A stretch of 64,000 nt of DNA from an uncultured Desulfarculus sp. (GTDB taxonomy: Bacteria; Desulfobacterota; Desulfarculia; Desulfarculales; Desulfarculaceae), in the NCBI GenBank assembly GCA_963665125.2, contig CAXXUK010000001.1, positions 2,112,001 through 2,176,000 of the forward strand. The letters run 5' to 3'. A program made the position numbers and the translations under genes. The notes under the pieces were generated by a model. It searched no databases. It was not told where the DNA came from and was given only the letters and a program-made list of their open reading frames with translations. Below, in pieces: positions 39,944 to 51,083 of the stretch. How positions within the stretch are numbered: position 1 is the stretch's first letter; each line of letters opens with the position of its first letter.

Positions 39944-40234
39944 ACAACCAGCCCCCATCACAAGCTTTTTCCCACGTCGTAACCTCCGCGAATTGCCATG
40001 AGCAAAGAGGCCGACAGCAATTCCATCTCTTTTTGTCGAGTCATAACCTAGAGAATCCGGAAAAAATAAACCGCAATCGTCAATCAGAACCTTGTTTCCC
40101 GCACTTTCAATAAGCTAAAATTTCCTGGACAAACCGGGCAATCGACTTCCAGTAGCGGCCATTCCCGCAGGCGGCCGTCTGCAGCATTGAACACCGCCCG
40201 TGTTCTATAACCACGCAGATGGAGGCCCTCTCGA

Positions 40235-41890
40235 ATGGAAATCATCAAAGGTTTTCCCGCAACTTCTCAAGACAACTATCAATTCAACATTCTCAACATC
40301 ATGAAGCACGGCGTGCGCAACTTCGCCAAACAGGAGGTCGTAAGCAAAACACCGGCGGGCATTTTGCGCTTCACTTACGCCGACACTTACAAGCGGACCC
40401 AGAAGCTGGCCTCGGCCCTGAAAAAACTGGGCGTGGGCGTGGGCGACCGCGTCGGCGTAATGGACTGGAACACCCACCAGAACTTTGAGTGTTACAACGC
40501 CATCCCCGGCATGGGCGCGGTTATGGTGTTGTTGAACCTGCGTCTTGCCCCGCCGGACCTGGCCTATGTCATCAACCACGCCGGCGTCAAGTGCATCATC
40601 GCGGATCAGTTCCTTCTGCCGCTCATCGAGGCCGTGGCCCCGCACCTGGAGACCGTGAAGACCTTCATCGTTATCCACAACGAGATATGGGGCGATGTAA
40701 ACAGCAAGCTCGACCCGCTCTATGATTACGAGGAACTGCTGGCCGAGGCCGAAGACACCTACGACTGGCCCAACCTGGACGAGACATCGGCCGCCGCTGC
40801 CTGTTACACCACCGGCACCACGGGCAAGCCCAAGGGCGTCTATTATTCCCACCGCTGCATCTACACCCACACCCTGGTCTCGGCGGCTGGCGTGGAAGGC
40901 AAGCTGGCCGACACGTATTACCAACTTGTACCCATGTTCCACGCCCTGGGCTGGGGCGGTCTGTACTATGCCATGTTCGTCGGGATGAAAATCGTCCTGC
41001 CCGGCATGTACACCCTGGACAATCTCGACGCCCTGGCCAAGCTGATGATCGACGAAGGCGTCACCTGCGGCGCCGGCGCGCCGGCCCTGTTGATGCCCAT
41101 GCTCGAATACATCAAGGGACTGCCGGAAAAGCCGGACCTGAGCCGTACAAGGTTCTTCTGCGGGGCCTCGGAGCCGCCCATAGCCTTGATGAAATCCTTC
41201 AAGGAACTGGTGGGTCTGGATGTGATGCACGCCTATGGCGCCACGGAAACCACCCCGCTGGCCTCGGCCAACAAGCTCAAGCCTTGGATGGAGTCCATGA
41301 GTGATGAGGAAAAGTGGGACCTCAAGCGCAAACAGGGCATCGTCTGTTCGGGCCTGGACGTCAAGCTGCTGGGCGGCGTCAGCAATGAGCTTCCCTTTGA
41401 CGGCAAAAGCGCCGGCGAGATCTGCCTGCGCGGCCCCTGGATCACGGGTTCTTATTACAACGCTCCCGGCTCCGAGGCCCAGTTTACAGAAGACGGCTAT
41501 TGGCGAAGCGGCGACGTGGGCACGGTTGACGAAGAAGGCTATCTGAAAATCACCGACCGCCTCAAGGACGTAATCAAGACCGGCGGAGAGTGGATTTCCT
41601 CGGTGGACATGGAAAACCTGATCATGAGCCATCCCATGGTCCTGGAGGCCGCGGTGGTGGGCCTGGAACACCCCAAGTGGGAGGAACGCCCCCTGGCCCT
41701 GGTCATCCCCCGGCCCGAGGCCAAGGAGCAGCTCAACGCCGATGTGATCCGCGACCACCTGGGCAAGGCCTTCGCCAAGTGGCAATTGCCCGATCAGGTG
41801 TTGTTCGTCGATGAAATCGCCAAGACCAGCGTGGGCAAGATCAGTAAAAAAGACCTGCGGGCCCAGTACAAGGAACTGTATCTAAAGTAG
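40235..41890 (+). CDS. Fatty-acid--CoA ligase (AlkK/FadD-like)
   Basis: YTTGTTGKPKGV, AYGATET, WRSGD, DRLKDVIKTGGEWISS, KTSVGK. Confidence 0.94.
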   Translation: MEIIKGFPATSQDNYQFNILNIMKHGVRNFAKQEVVSKTPAGILRFTYADTYKRTQKLASALKKLGVGVGDRVGVMDWNTHQNFECYNAIPGMGAVMVLLNLRLAPPDLAYVINHAGVKCIIADQFLLPLIEAVAPHLETVKTFIVIHNEIWGDVNSKLDPLYDYEELLAEAEDTYDWPNLDETSAAAACYTTGTTGKPKGVYYSHRCIYTHTLVSAAGVEGKLADTYYQLVPMFHALGWGGLYYAMFVGMKIVLPGMYTLDNLDALAKLMIDEGVTCGAGAPALLMPMLEYIKGLPEKPDLSRTRFFCGASEPPIALMKSFKELVGLDVMHAYGATETTPLASANKLKPWMESMSDEEKWDLKRKQGIVCSGLDVKLLGGVSNELPFDGKSAGEICLRGPWITGSYYNAPGSEAQFTEDGYWRSGDVGTVDEEGYLKITDRLKDVIKTGGEWISSVDMENLIMSHPMVLEAAVVGLEHPKWEERPLALVIPRPEAKEQLNADVIRDHLGKAFAKWQLPDQVLFVDEIAKTSVGKISKKDLRAQYKELYLK

Positions 41891-41915
41891 TTCGCAAGAT
41901 AAGACCTACCAAAGC

Positions 41916-41954
41916 AGCGCCGGGCCGTTTATCATGACGGTCCGGTGCTTATTT
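41916..41954 (+). terminator. Possible terminator hairpin after the CoA ligase
   Basis: AGCGCCGGGCCGT...ACGGTCCGGTGCT followed by TATTT. Confidence 0.45.
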
Positions 41955-41970
41955 ATTCGGGAGAAGGCGG

Positions 41971-42747
41971 ATGAAACTGACATGGTGGGGCACGGCGGCA
42001 TTGGAGATCGAACACGGCGGCATAGTTTATTGGGTGGACCCGTATCTGACCCGCAATGAAAAGGCCTTTCCCAAGGTCGGCCGCGCGCCTGAAGAGGTCC
42101 GGCGGGCCGCCGCGATTTTCCTGACCCACGGCCACTTCGACCATATCCAGGACACGGCCCGGATCGCCGGGCAAACCGGGGCCATGGTCCACTGCAGCGC
42201 CGAGGCCGCCGACACGCTAATTGGCCATGGCCTGGCCACGGAACAAATCAGCGTCGTGCCCAACAACGGCGCGAGCTATCAACTTTGCGGCCTTGCCGCC
42301 ACGGCCCACTACAGCGAGCACATCAAATTCGACATTCCGTTGATTATCAAGACGTTGTGGCGTTGCGGATTTACAATAGGCAGGTTTAAGCATTTAATGA
42401 AAATTTACCCCTGCGGCCAGGTCCTGGCCTGGCGCCTGGCCCTAGATGGGCGGGAGCTGCTTGTCTTCGGCAGCGGCGGATCCAGCGCCGCGGAACTCGC
42501 TGAGTTGGCCAAGCGTCCCACGGATGTATTGTGCGTGCCCTTGCAGGGCCACAGCCGCATCTACGACATCGCCCTGAATTATATCGAGGCCCTGAGGCCC
42601 AGGACGGTCATCCCCATCCACCAGGACGACTTTTTCCCGCCCATATCCGTCAACGTGGACATAACACCGTTTCGCGAGGCATTGCGAAGGCAACACCCCA
42701 AGGTCGAGCTGCTCGTAGCCGAGGTCGGGCAACCCTTCCCGCTTTAG
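41971..42747 (+). CDS. MBL-fold metallo-hydrolase
   Basis: LTWWGTA, VDPYL, THGHFDH, IPIHQDDF. Confidence 0.88.
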   Translation: MKLTWWGTAALEIEHGGIVYWVDPYLTRNEKAFPKVGRAPEEVRRAAAIFLTHGHFDHIQDTARIAGQTGAMVHCSAEAADTLIGHGLATEQISVVPNNGASYQLCGLAATAHYSEHIKFDIPLIIKTLWRCGFTIGRFKHLMKIYPCGQVLAWRLALDGRELLVFGSGGSSAAELAELAKRPTDVLCVPLQGHSRIYDIALNYIEALRPRTVIPIHQDDFFPPISVNVDITPFREALRRQHPKVELLVAEVGQPFPL

Positions 42748-42759
42748 TTCCCTAAAAAC

Positions 42760-42788
42760 TTGCTCAACGGGCCCTCAAAATATACAAT
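42760..42788 (+). promoter_or_regulatory. Putative sigma70 promoter for meaB-XRE-ACAD
   Basis: TTGCTC-17 nt-TACAAT. Confidence 0.45.
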
Positions 42789-42849
42789 TGGGTGACAATA
42801 TGCGTAACACCCTTAATCGTAAGACATTTTTGGCAATCGGCTACCAATC

Positions 42850-43803
42850 ATGAGCACCCAGTCCACTATAGATGCCATTGTTTCCGGCGATGTACGCATG
42901 GCCGCCCGGCTGATGCGCCTGTTGGATGACGGTTCGCAACAGGCCCTGGAGACTCTCAAGGGTCTACACGCCAAGGCGGGTTCGGCCAGGGTCATCGGCA
43001 TAACCGGGTCTCCGGGCGTGGGCAAGTCCACCATCACCGACAACCTGGTTAGGGTTTTCCGGGAGCGCGGCAACACCGTGGGCGTGGTGGCCGTGGACCC
43101 GACCAGCCCCTTCAGCGGCGGGGCGATCCTGGGCGACCGGGTGCGCATGCAGCGCCACGCCACCGACGAAGGGGTGTTTATCCGCTCCCTGGCCACCCGG
43201 GGACACTTCGGCGGGCTGACCGCCTCGACCCAGGGCGTGGTCAAGATCATGGACGCCATGGGCAAGGACGTGGTAATCGTCGAAACGGTGGGCGTGGGCC
43301 AGGATGAGGTCGACGTGGTCCGGCTGGCCGACACCACGCTGGTGGTCACCGTGCCCGGCCTGGGCGACGATATCCAAGCCATAAAGGCGGGAATTCTGGA
43401 AGTGGCCGACGTTTTCGTGGTAAACAAGGTCGACCGGGAGGGCTCGGCGCGCACCATCAGCGAACTCGAGCACATGATCGACCTGGCCCGGCCCCAGCAG
43501 CGGCAAGCCGGATGGAGGCCGCCGGTGGTGGGCACATGCGCCCTGGACGGCAAGGGCTTCGATGTCCTCATGGCGGCCATGGACGAACATTGGGCCCATC
43601 TGGCGGGCAGCGGCAATCTCCAGGCCCGGCGCAGGGAACGCGCCCGCATGGAACTATTGGACTTGATTCAAACCCAGGCCATGGACCGCCTGATGCGCAA
43701 GCTCGAGGCTGAAACGTCCATGGACGAAGTGATAGACCGGATCGCGGAAGGCCGGACAGACCCTTATTCCGTCTGCGAAGAAATCATGGACCGGTCGTTT
43801 TAA
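42850..43803 (+). CDS. meaB: B12-mutase-associated GTPase MeaB
   Basis: GITGSPGVGKST, AVDPTSPFSGGAILGDRVRM, VETVGVGQDE, QAIKAGILE, NKVD. Confidence 0.95.
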   Translation: MSTQSTIDAIVSGDVRMAARLMRLLDDGSQQALETLKGLHAKAGSARVIGITGSPGVGKSTITDNLVRVFRERGNTVGVVAVDPTSPFSGGAILGDRVRMQRHATDEGVFIRSLATRGHFGGLTASTQGVVKIMDAMGKDVVIVETVGVGQDEVDVVRLADTTLVVTVPGLGDDIQAIKAGILEVADVFVVNKVDREGSARTISELEHMIDLARPQQRQAGWRPPVVGTCALDGKGFDVLMAAMDEHWAHLAGSGNLQARRRERARMELLDLIQTQAMDRLMRKLEAETSMDEVIDRIAEGRTDPYSVCEEIMDRSF

Positions 43804-43830
43804 CTGGATAATTTTTACTGCGAGGAGAAC

Positions 43831-44382
43831 ATGGCCCGCAATGCCAAGCGTAAATCCCTGGGCCAGCGGCTCAGCCGCCTGCGTCAAGAACGCGGCATGA
43901 GCATCGACAGCCTGGCCAATGAAACCGGTCAGGCCCGGGAATATCTGGAAAAGGTCGAAAACGACGAAGTCATCCCCCCCGTGGCGGTGCTTCTGACCCT
44001 GGGCCGGGCCCTGGAGGTCGACTCCGGCGAACTGCTCAAGGATGACGAAGCGGCAGAGACGGCCCAAAGGCGGGCCCAGGCCGTGCGCACCCGCACGGAT
44101 CACTACTCATACCGCGTGCTGACCCCCGAGGCCCTGCACAAGCACCTCAAGGGCTTCCGGGTGACCATCGAGCCGGTCAGCGATCTGGACGGACCCGGTT
44201 ATCAGCACGAAGGCGAAGAGTTCGTCTATGTCCTGTCGGGCCAGGTGTGCGTCACCGTGGGCGACAACGTCAACGATCTCAAGGCCGGTGACAGCCTGCA
44301 TTTCAACTCCGGCGTGACCCACACCCTGCGCAACAGCGGAAACGAAACCTGCGAACTGCTTGTGGTGCTCTATACGCCCTAA
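43831..44382 (+). CDS. XRE-family HTH + cupin transcriptional regulator
   Basis: LGQRLSRLRQERGMS HTH_3; HEGEEFVYVLSG, GDSLHFNS cupin. Confidence 0.92.
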   Translation: MARNAKRKSLGQRLSRLRQERGMSIDSLANETGQAREYLEKVENDEVIPPVAVLLTLGRALEVDSGELLKDDEAAETAQRRAQAVRTRTDHYSYRVLTPEALHKHLKGFRVTIEPVSDLDGPGYQHEGEEFVYVLSGQVCVTVGDNVNDLKAGDSLHFNSGVTHTLRNSGNETCELLVVLYTP

Positions 44383-44463
44383 GCGGATATAGCGGCTCGA
44401 CATTCACCGCCGGTGGATCGCATGCCCCGGCGGTACTAAAAATATGCCTATACGGAGGCGGTC

Positions 44464-45621
44464 ATGGCTATCGCGGCCCTAACCGAAGAGCAGCAGATGA
44501 TCCAAGACATGGCCAGGGACTTCGCCCGGGAAGTGCTCATGCCCACGGCGGGCCAGCGCGACCGGACCTGCGAATTCCCAGCCGAGAACCTGGCCCGCAT
44601 GGCCGAACTGGGGTTCATGGGCATGGCTGTACCCGAGCAGTACGGAGGGGCGGGCGTTGACGCGGTCAGCTACGTATTGGCCCTGTCCGAGATAGCCTAC
44701 GGCTGCGCCAGCACGGCGGTGGTCATGAGCGTGCACAACTCCATCTGCTGCGAGGCCATCGTCAAGTTCGGCACCGAGGACCAAAAGAATACCTGGCTGC
44801 CACCCATGTGCACCGGCGAAATCATCGGCGCGTTCGGCCTCACCGAGCCCGGTGCCGGTTCCGACCCCAGCAGCCAGCGCACCACGGCGGTCCTCGACGG
44901 CGACGAGTGGGTAATCAACGGCACCAAGCAGTTCATCACCACCGGTTCCCACGCCGGGCTGACCATCGTGACGGCGTACACCGACAGGGACAAAAAGCAC
45001 CGGGGCATCAGCGCGTTCATCGTGCCCAAGGACACGCCGGGGCTCATCGTGGGCAAGGCCGAGGACAAACTCGGCCTCAAGGCCTCGGATACGGTGCAAC
45101 TAATCCTGGAAGACTGCCGGGTGCCGGCCGAAAACATGCTGGGCAAGCGCGGCGATGGTTTCATCATCGCCATGACCTGCCTGGATTCGGGCCGTATCGG
45201 CATCTCGGCCCAGTCGGTTGGCGTGGCCCGAGCCTGCCTGGACGAAGCCATAGACTTTGTGGAGACCAGGGAGCAGTTCGGCAAGCCCATCGGCGATTTC
45301 CAGGGTATCCGCTGGCGCGTCGCCGACATGGCCACCGAGATCGAAGCCGCCGAGATGATGTGCGTCAACGCGGCCATGCTCAAGCAGGCGGGACGCAAGT
45401 TCACCGCCGAGGCCTCCATGGCCAAGCTGTTCGCCAGCGAAATGGTCAACCGCATCACCGGCCAGTGTCTGCAAATGCACGGAGGATACGGTTTCTGCCG
45501 CGAATACGACATTGAACGTCATTTTCGCGACGCCCGCGTGTTCACCATCTACGAAGGCACCAGCGAAATTCAACGCATGGTCATCAGCAACCAGGTCATG
45601 GGGCCGCCCAAGTTCCGCTAG
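44464..45621 (+). CDS. Acyl-CoA dehydrogenase
   Basis: LTEPGAGSD, NGTKQFIT, REQFGKPI, IYEGTSEIQR. Confidence 0.96.
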   Translation: MAIAALTEEQQMIQDMARDFAREVLMPTAGQRDRTCEFPAENLARMAELGFMGMAVPEQYGGAGVDAVSYVLALSEIAYGCASTAVVMSVHNSICCEAIVKFGTEDQKNTWLPPMCTGEIIGAFGLTEPGAGSDPSSQRTTAVLDGDEWVINGTKQFITTGSHAGLTIVTAYTDRDKKHRGISAFIVPKDTPGLIVGKAEDKLGLKASDTVQLILEDCRVPAENMLGKRGDGFIIAMTCLDSGRIGISAQSVGVARACLDEAIDFVETREQFGKPIGDFQGIRWRVADMATEIEAAEMMCVNAAMLKQAGRKFTAEASMAKLFASEMVNRITGQCLQMHGGYGFCREYDIERHFRDARVFTIYEGTSEIQRMVISNQVMGPPKFR

Positions 45622-45679
45622 GCATTTTAATTAATTTTGGCGTGCCGAATTGCATGGCGGCCCGGTCGGGCCGCCTTAT

Positions 45680-46759
45680 CTATTGCCTGATCGAAGTAAT
45701 CATGCCGAAGCCCGCCAAGGCGAACATGGCGTTTGGCAGCCAGGCCGCGGCCACCGGCGGCAATATGCCGCCATAGCCAAAGATGGATCGGACGTATCCC
45801 AAACCGATCCAGTAGGTCAGCGACAGCATCAGGCCCACGACGATGCCGGGGGCCAGGAAGCGGCCCCTTTCCCGGAACAGGGCCAGGGGTATGCCCAATA
45901 GGGCCATGATCGTGCAGATGAACGGCCCGCTGATCTTGCAGTGCATATCCACCCTGTAGCGCCGGGTGTCGTAGCCTTCCTTGTCGATTTTGTCCACATG
46001 GGCCGAAAGTTCGCCCAGGCCCATTTCCTCGCTGGGTTTGGACAGGCGGCTGAAGTCGCTGGGCCGTTCGGGCAGATCCCTTTCGATCTCCTCGAACACC
46101 ACCGCCGAATAGCCGCCCTGGGGCAGGCGGTTCTGGTGCAGGCCGCTGAAGAACACCCAGCGGCCGTTTAAAAACATGGCCCGCCTGGCGTCGATGCGCT
46201 CGGCCAGATTGAAGCTCTTGTCAAAGCGGTAATAAACCACATTGGAAAGCACCTGGCCGTCGGGGTCGAAGTGGCCGATGTGGTAGATGGAGCCGCTGCC
46301 TTTGTACCAAAATTTCTCCCTGGTATATACGCCGCTGGGCCGCCGCTCCACCAGCGTCTCCCAAATGTAGTTGGTGCTGGCCTTGGTGTCGGGAATCACC
46401 AATTCATTGTTAATTGCGGTACCCAGGGTAACGGCAAGGGAAATCAGGATGATGGGGAGGGTGAAGCGCAACACACTTATGCCCGAACTTTTGATGGCGA
46501 TGGTCTCGCCGCGTTTGGACATCAGGCCCAGGGATATGATGGTGCCAAGCAGCACGGCCAGGGGCGCCAGCAGGGATATCAGCTCCGGCACCTGGAGCAG
46601 GAAATACATCATCATCGTCGAGCCGGCCACCCCGGCTTCAAAAAAGTTGTCGACCTTTTCAATGAAATCGAAAAGAGTATACAACGAGACGAAGGCCACC
46701 ATCATAAAGCTGAATATCTTCAGATACTCACGGCTGACGTATAGGCTCAGAATCCGCAC
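45680..46759 (-). CDS. lptG: LPS export ABC permease LptG
   Basis: YjgP/Q pattern (ETIAIKSSGIS, AAWLPN); GTG 46759 with GAGG RBS. Confidence 0.88.
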   Translation of the reverse strand: MRILSLYVSREYLKIFSFMMVAFVSLYTLFDFIEKVDNFFEAGVAGSTMMMYFLLQVPELISLLAPLAVLLGTIISLGLMSKRGETIAIKSSGISVLRFTLPIILISLAVTLGTAINNELVIPDTKASTNYIWETLVERRPSGVYTREKFWYKGSGSIYHIGHFDPDGQVLSNVVYYRFDKSFNLAERIDARRAMFLNGRWVFFSGLHQNRLPQGGYSAVVFEEIERDLPERPSDFSRLSKPSEEMGLGELSAHVDKIDKEGYDTRRYRVDMHCKISGPFICTIMALLGIPLALFRERGRFLAPGIVVGLMLSLTYWIGLGYVRSIFGYGGILPPVAAAWLPNAMFALAGFGMITSIRQ

Positions 46760-46769
46760 GTTGTCCTCT

Positions 46770-47951
46770 TTAGCTCTGGTGGCTCTTGCGGGCCGACAAT
46801 ATCCGTTTGATCGTATCGGGCAAGCTGCCGACAAATTCGATTAGCGCCACGGGCCTTTCCTTGACCTCCCGGCGGAACAACTCCAAGGCCATGACCCCCA
46901 AAATGAAGTTTGGAGCCCACATACCCAAAGCGGGAGGATAATCTCCGGTTTCACCAAAGGACCAGGCGGCCGACAGCATCAAATAATAACCCATAAACAC
47001 CACAAGGGCCACGGCCACGCCCCAGGACTTGCCGCCCTTGGCGTGCATGCCAAGCGGCAGGCCCATCAGGGCCATGATCAGGCAGGCGAAGGGTATGGAA
47101 AATTTCTTGTGCAGTTCCATCTGCACCAAATAGTGCTGAATACTGTCCGGCGGAAGTTCGTTGAGCATCTGTATAAGCTCACCGAAATACATCTCTTTTT
47201 CGAGTTTGCTTTGTCGGGAACCGGCCTGCAGGCGCCCCGCGTCCACGGCTATGTCATAAGTGGTGAATCCGGCGGTCTGGGCCGAACGCAGATCCTGGCC
47301 CACGGAATGGATGGTTCCATCGTATAGCCTAAGGATGATGCGATCTTGCTGGGCCGGGAACAGCTTGCCCCGCTTGGACACGATGGTGTGTCGCCGTTTG
47401 GGGTCGCGCTCGTCGACAATGAATAGGTCTTCCATGTTGCCTTCGCCGGGCAGGCGGCTGATGTAAATGACCATGCCGGGGAAGGTATCCATGAAGACCC
47501 GCTCCTTCAGGGCCAGGTCGGCCTGGGAGCGGGCTATCTGAAAAACCAGGTTCTCGAAGTTGTGGTTGCCCCAGGGCAGGCCCCAAAAGGCCAGGCCGGA
47601 GGTGATCAGCCATGCCCCCACGCCTATTATGGCCACCGAAGGCAACATAGACACGGGGCTGACGCCTGCGGCCTTGAGGGAGACTATCTCCATGTCGCCG
47701 CTGAGACGCAGAAAACCCAATAGCACGCCAAGCAATGTTGCCATTGGGATCGTAAAGACGAAAAAATAGGGCAAGGTATAGATTAAAAGGCGCCCGACAA
47801 CGTCGAGACCAACCCCTCTGGTGACCACCAGGTCGGTCAGTTCGACGATTTTGGCAATAAGCAACATGAATGTAAAGACCCCTAAACTGATGAAAAAGGG
47901 CCCTAACATCTCGCCTAATAAGTATCTATGTATTATCCTTGCTCGAAGCAT
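46770..47951 (-). CDS. lptF: LPS export ABC permease LptF
   Basis: IHRYLLGE, RLSGDMEIVSLKAAGVS, ELHKKFSIPFACL, MWAPN. Confidence 0.9.
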   Translation of the reverse strand: MLRARIIHRYLLGEMLGPFFISLGVFTFMLLIAKIVELTDLVVTRGVGLDVVGRLLIYTLPYFFVFTIPMATLLGVLLGFLRLSGDMEIVSLKAAGVSPVSMLPSVAIIGVGAWLITSGLAFWGLPWGNHNFENLVFQIARSQADLALKERVFMDTFPGMVIYISRLPGEGNMEDLFIVDERDPKRRHTIVSKRGKLFPAQQDRIILRLYDGTIHSVGQDLRSAQTAGFTTYDIAVDAGRLQAGSRQSKLEKEMYFGELIQMLNELPPDSIQHYLVQMELHKKFSIPFACLIMALMGLPLGMHAKGGKSWGVAVALVVFMGYYLMLSAAWSFGETGDYPPALGMWAPNFILGVMALELFRREVKERPVALIEFVGSLPDTIKRILSARKSHQS

Positions 47952-47998
47952 GGACCGAAGTCTAAATGTTGCCGAAGCGTTTGTAAAGGATCACGATC

Positions 47999-49036
47999 AT
48001 GAACTTACGCCAAGAGTTGGAACAACGTGAAGACAAGGTGCTGTCGCGGCATGCAGCCCGCTCGGCCCAAAGCAAGGGCAGGCTTCACCCCGAAGACGAA
48101 TGCAACTTGCGGCCGGCCTTTCAACACGACCGGGATAGAATCTTATACAGCAAAGCGTTCCGGCGGCTCAAGCATAAGACGCAGGTCTTTTTGGCGCCCA
48201 CGGGAGACCACTACCGCACCCGCCTTACCCACACCCTGGAAGTGGGCCAGATCGCCCGGACCATGGCCAAGGCCCTGGCCCTGAATGAAGACCTCACCGA
48301 AGCCATAGCCCTGGGCCACGACCTGGGCCACACACCCTTCGGCCACGCCGGAGAGGCCGAGTTGAACAAGCTGGTGCCCGGCGGATTCCGTCATTACGAG
48401 CAATCGCTGAGGGTCGTGGACGAACTGGAAAAAGAAGGCAAGGGCCTCAACCTGACCCATGAAGTTCGCATGGGAATCCTGAACCACTCCAAAGGCAAAG
48501 GCGGCTTTCTGGAATGTCCCGCGGGCGAGGATCTGACCATGGAGGCCCGGCTGGTGCGCTGCGCCGACATCATGGCATATGTGGCCCACGACACCGACGA
48601 CGCGGTCAGGGGCGGCGTGATCAAACCCGGCGACTTGCCCCAAGAAGTAGTTACCGTGCTGGGCGACCGTTTGAGCCGCCACATCAACACCATGGTCCAG
48701 GATCTGATTGAGCAGACCAAGGCGGGCGGCGGCGCGGAATTGCACATGACCCCCAACGTGGAAAAGGCCGTGTGGGCCCTGAGGGCTTTCCTGTACGGCC
48801 ATGTCTATGACAACATGGAGGTCCATACCGATTTCATCAAGGCCTCCAAGGTCATACGGGAATTATGGGAACGATTGTCCGCCGACGACATGGTGTATGA
48901 AACCTATGTCGGCCCCCTGCCCGAGCAAAATGAACGTTTCCGCCGGGCGACCGACTACATCGCCGGCATGACCGATCCGTTCTCCCTGCGGCTATACGAA
49001 AAGATATTCCTGCCACGGCCCTGGGCGGTGCTGTAA
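47999..49036 (+). CDS. dgt: dGTP triphosphohydrolase-like HD protein
   Basis: FQHDRDRILYSKAFRRLKHKTQVF, RTRLTHTLEV, HDLGHTPFGHAGE, DYIAGMTD. Confidence 0.93.
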   Translation: MNLRQELEQREDKVLSRHAARSAQSKGRLHPEDECNLRPAFQHDRDRILYSKAFRRLKHKTQVFLAPTGDHYRTRLTHTLEVGQIARTMAKALALNEDLTEAIALGHDLGHTPFGHAGEAELNKLVPGGFRHYEQSLRVVDELEKEGKGLNLTHEVRMGILNHSKGKGGFLECPAGEDLTMEARLVRCADIMAYVAHDTDDAVRGGVIKPGDLPQEVVTVLGDRLSRHINTMVQDLIEQTKAGGGAELHMTPNVEKAVWALRAFLYGHVYDNMEVHTDFIKASKVIRELWERLSADDMVYETYVGPLPEQNERFRRATDYIAGMTDPFSLRLYEKIFLPRPWAVL

Positions 49037-49231
49037 CAAGGTGTTTAAAAGTCCGTCCTGGACTTTTAAACCGCTACTCGGCAAAAGCGTGGTTTTGCCA
49101 AGTAGCTCGATTTGCTTGTTTTTGAAAAACTGCGCAAATCGGCGGGCCGTGACGGGGTCCCCGGCAAAGCGAAGCTTTGTTGGGGTGAATCCGTGGCCCG
49201 CCTGGCCGGCTGTTTCTCAACAGCCTGCCAG
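49034..49231 (+). mobile_element. MITE-like multi-hairpin element (copy C of the repeat family) with a ~40-nt nested insert
   Basis: Ends TAACAAGGTGTTTAAAA / TTTCTCAACAGCCTGCCAG; four hairpins colinear with copies A and B; insert at 49151-49190. Confidence 0.65.
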
Positions 49232-49310
49232 ATCACGCCGCCCAAATTCAACGCCCGCCCCGGAAGTGTCCGAAGCGGGCGATTGATTTACCGGGGATTA
49301 TGGGCCAGGC

Positions 49311-51080
<1,770 letters not shown>

Positions 51081-51083
51081 GCC

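Noticed and set aside
39166..44913. Near-identical short DNA stretches in the two acyl-CoA dehydrogenase genes (and likewise in the two thiolases)
   Set aside because: Explained by conserved protein motifs in paralogues; synonymous positions differ
47999..49036. dGTPase as an anti-phage defence gene
   Set aside because: Short housekeeping-type Dgt in a core context near dnaG/rpoD, with host-like codon use and no defence neighbours
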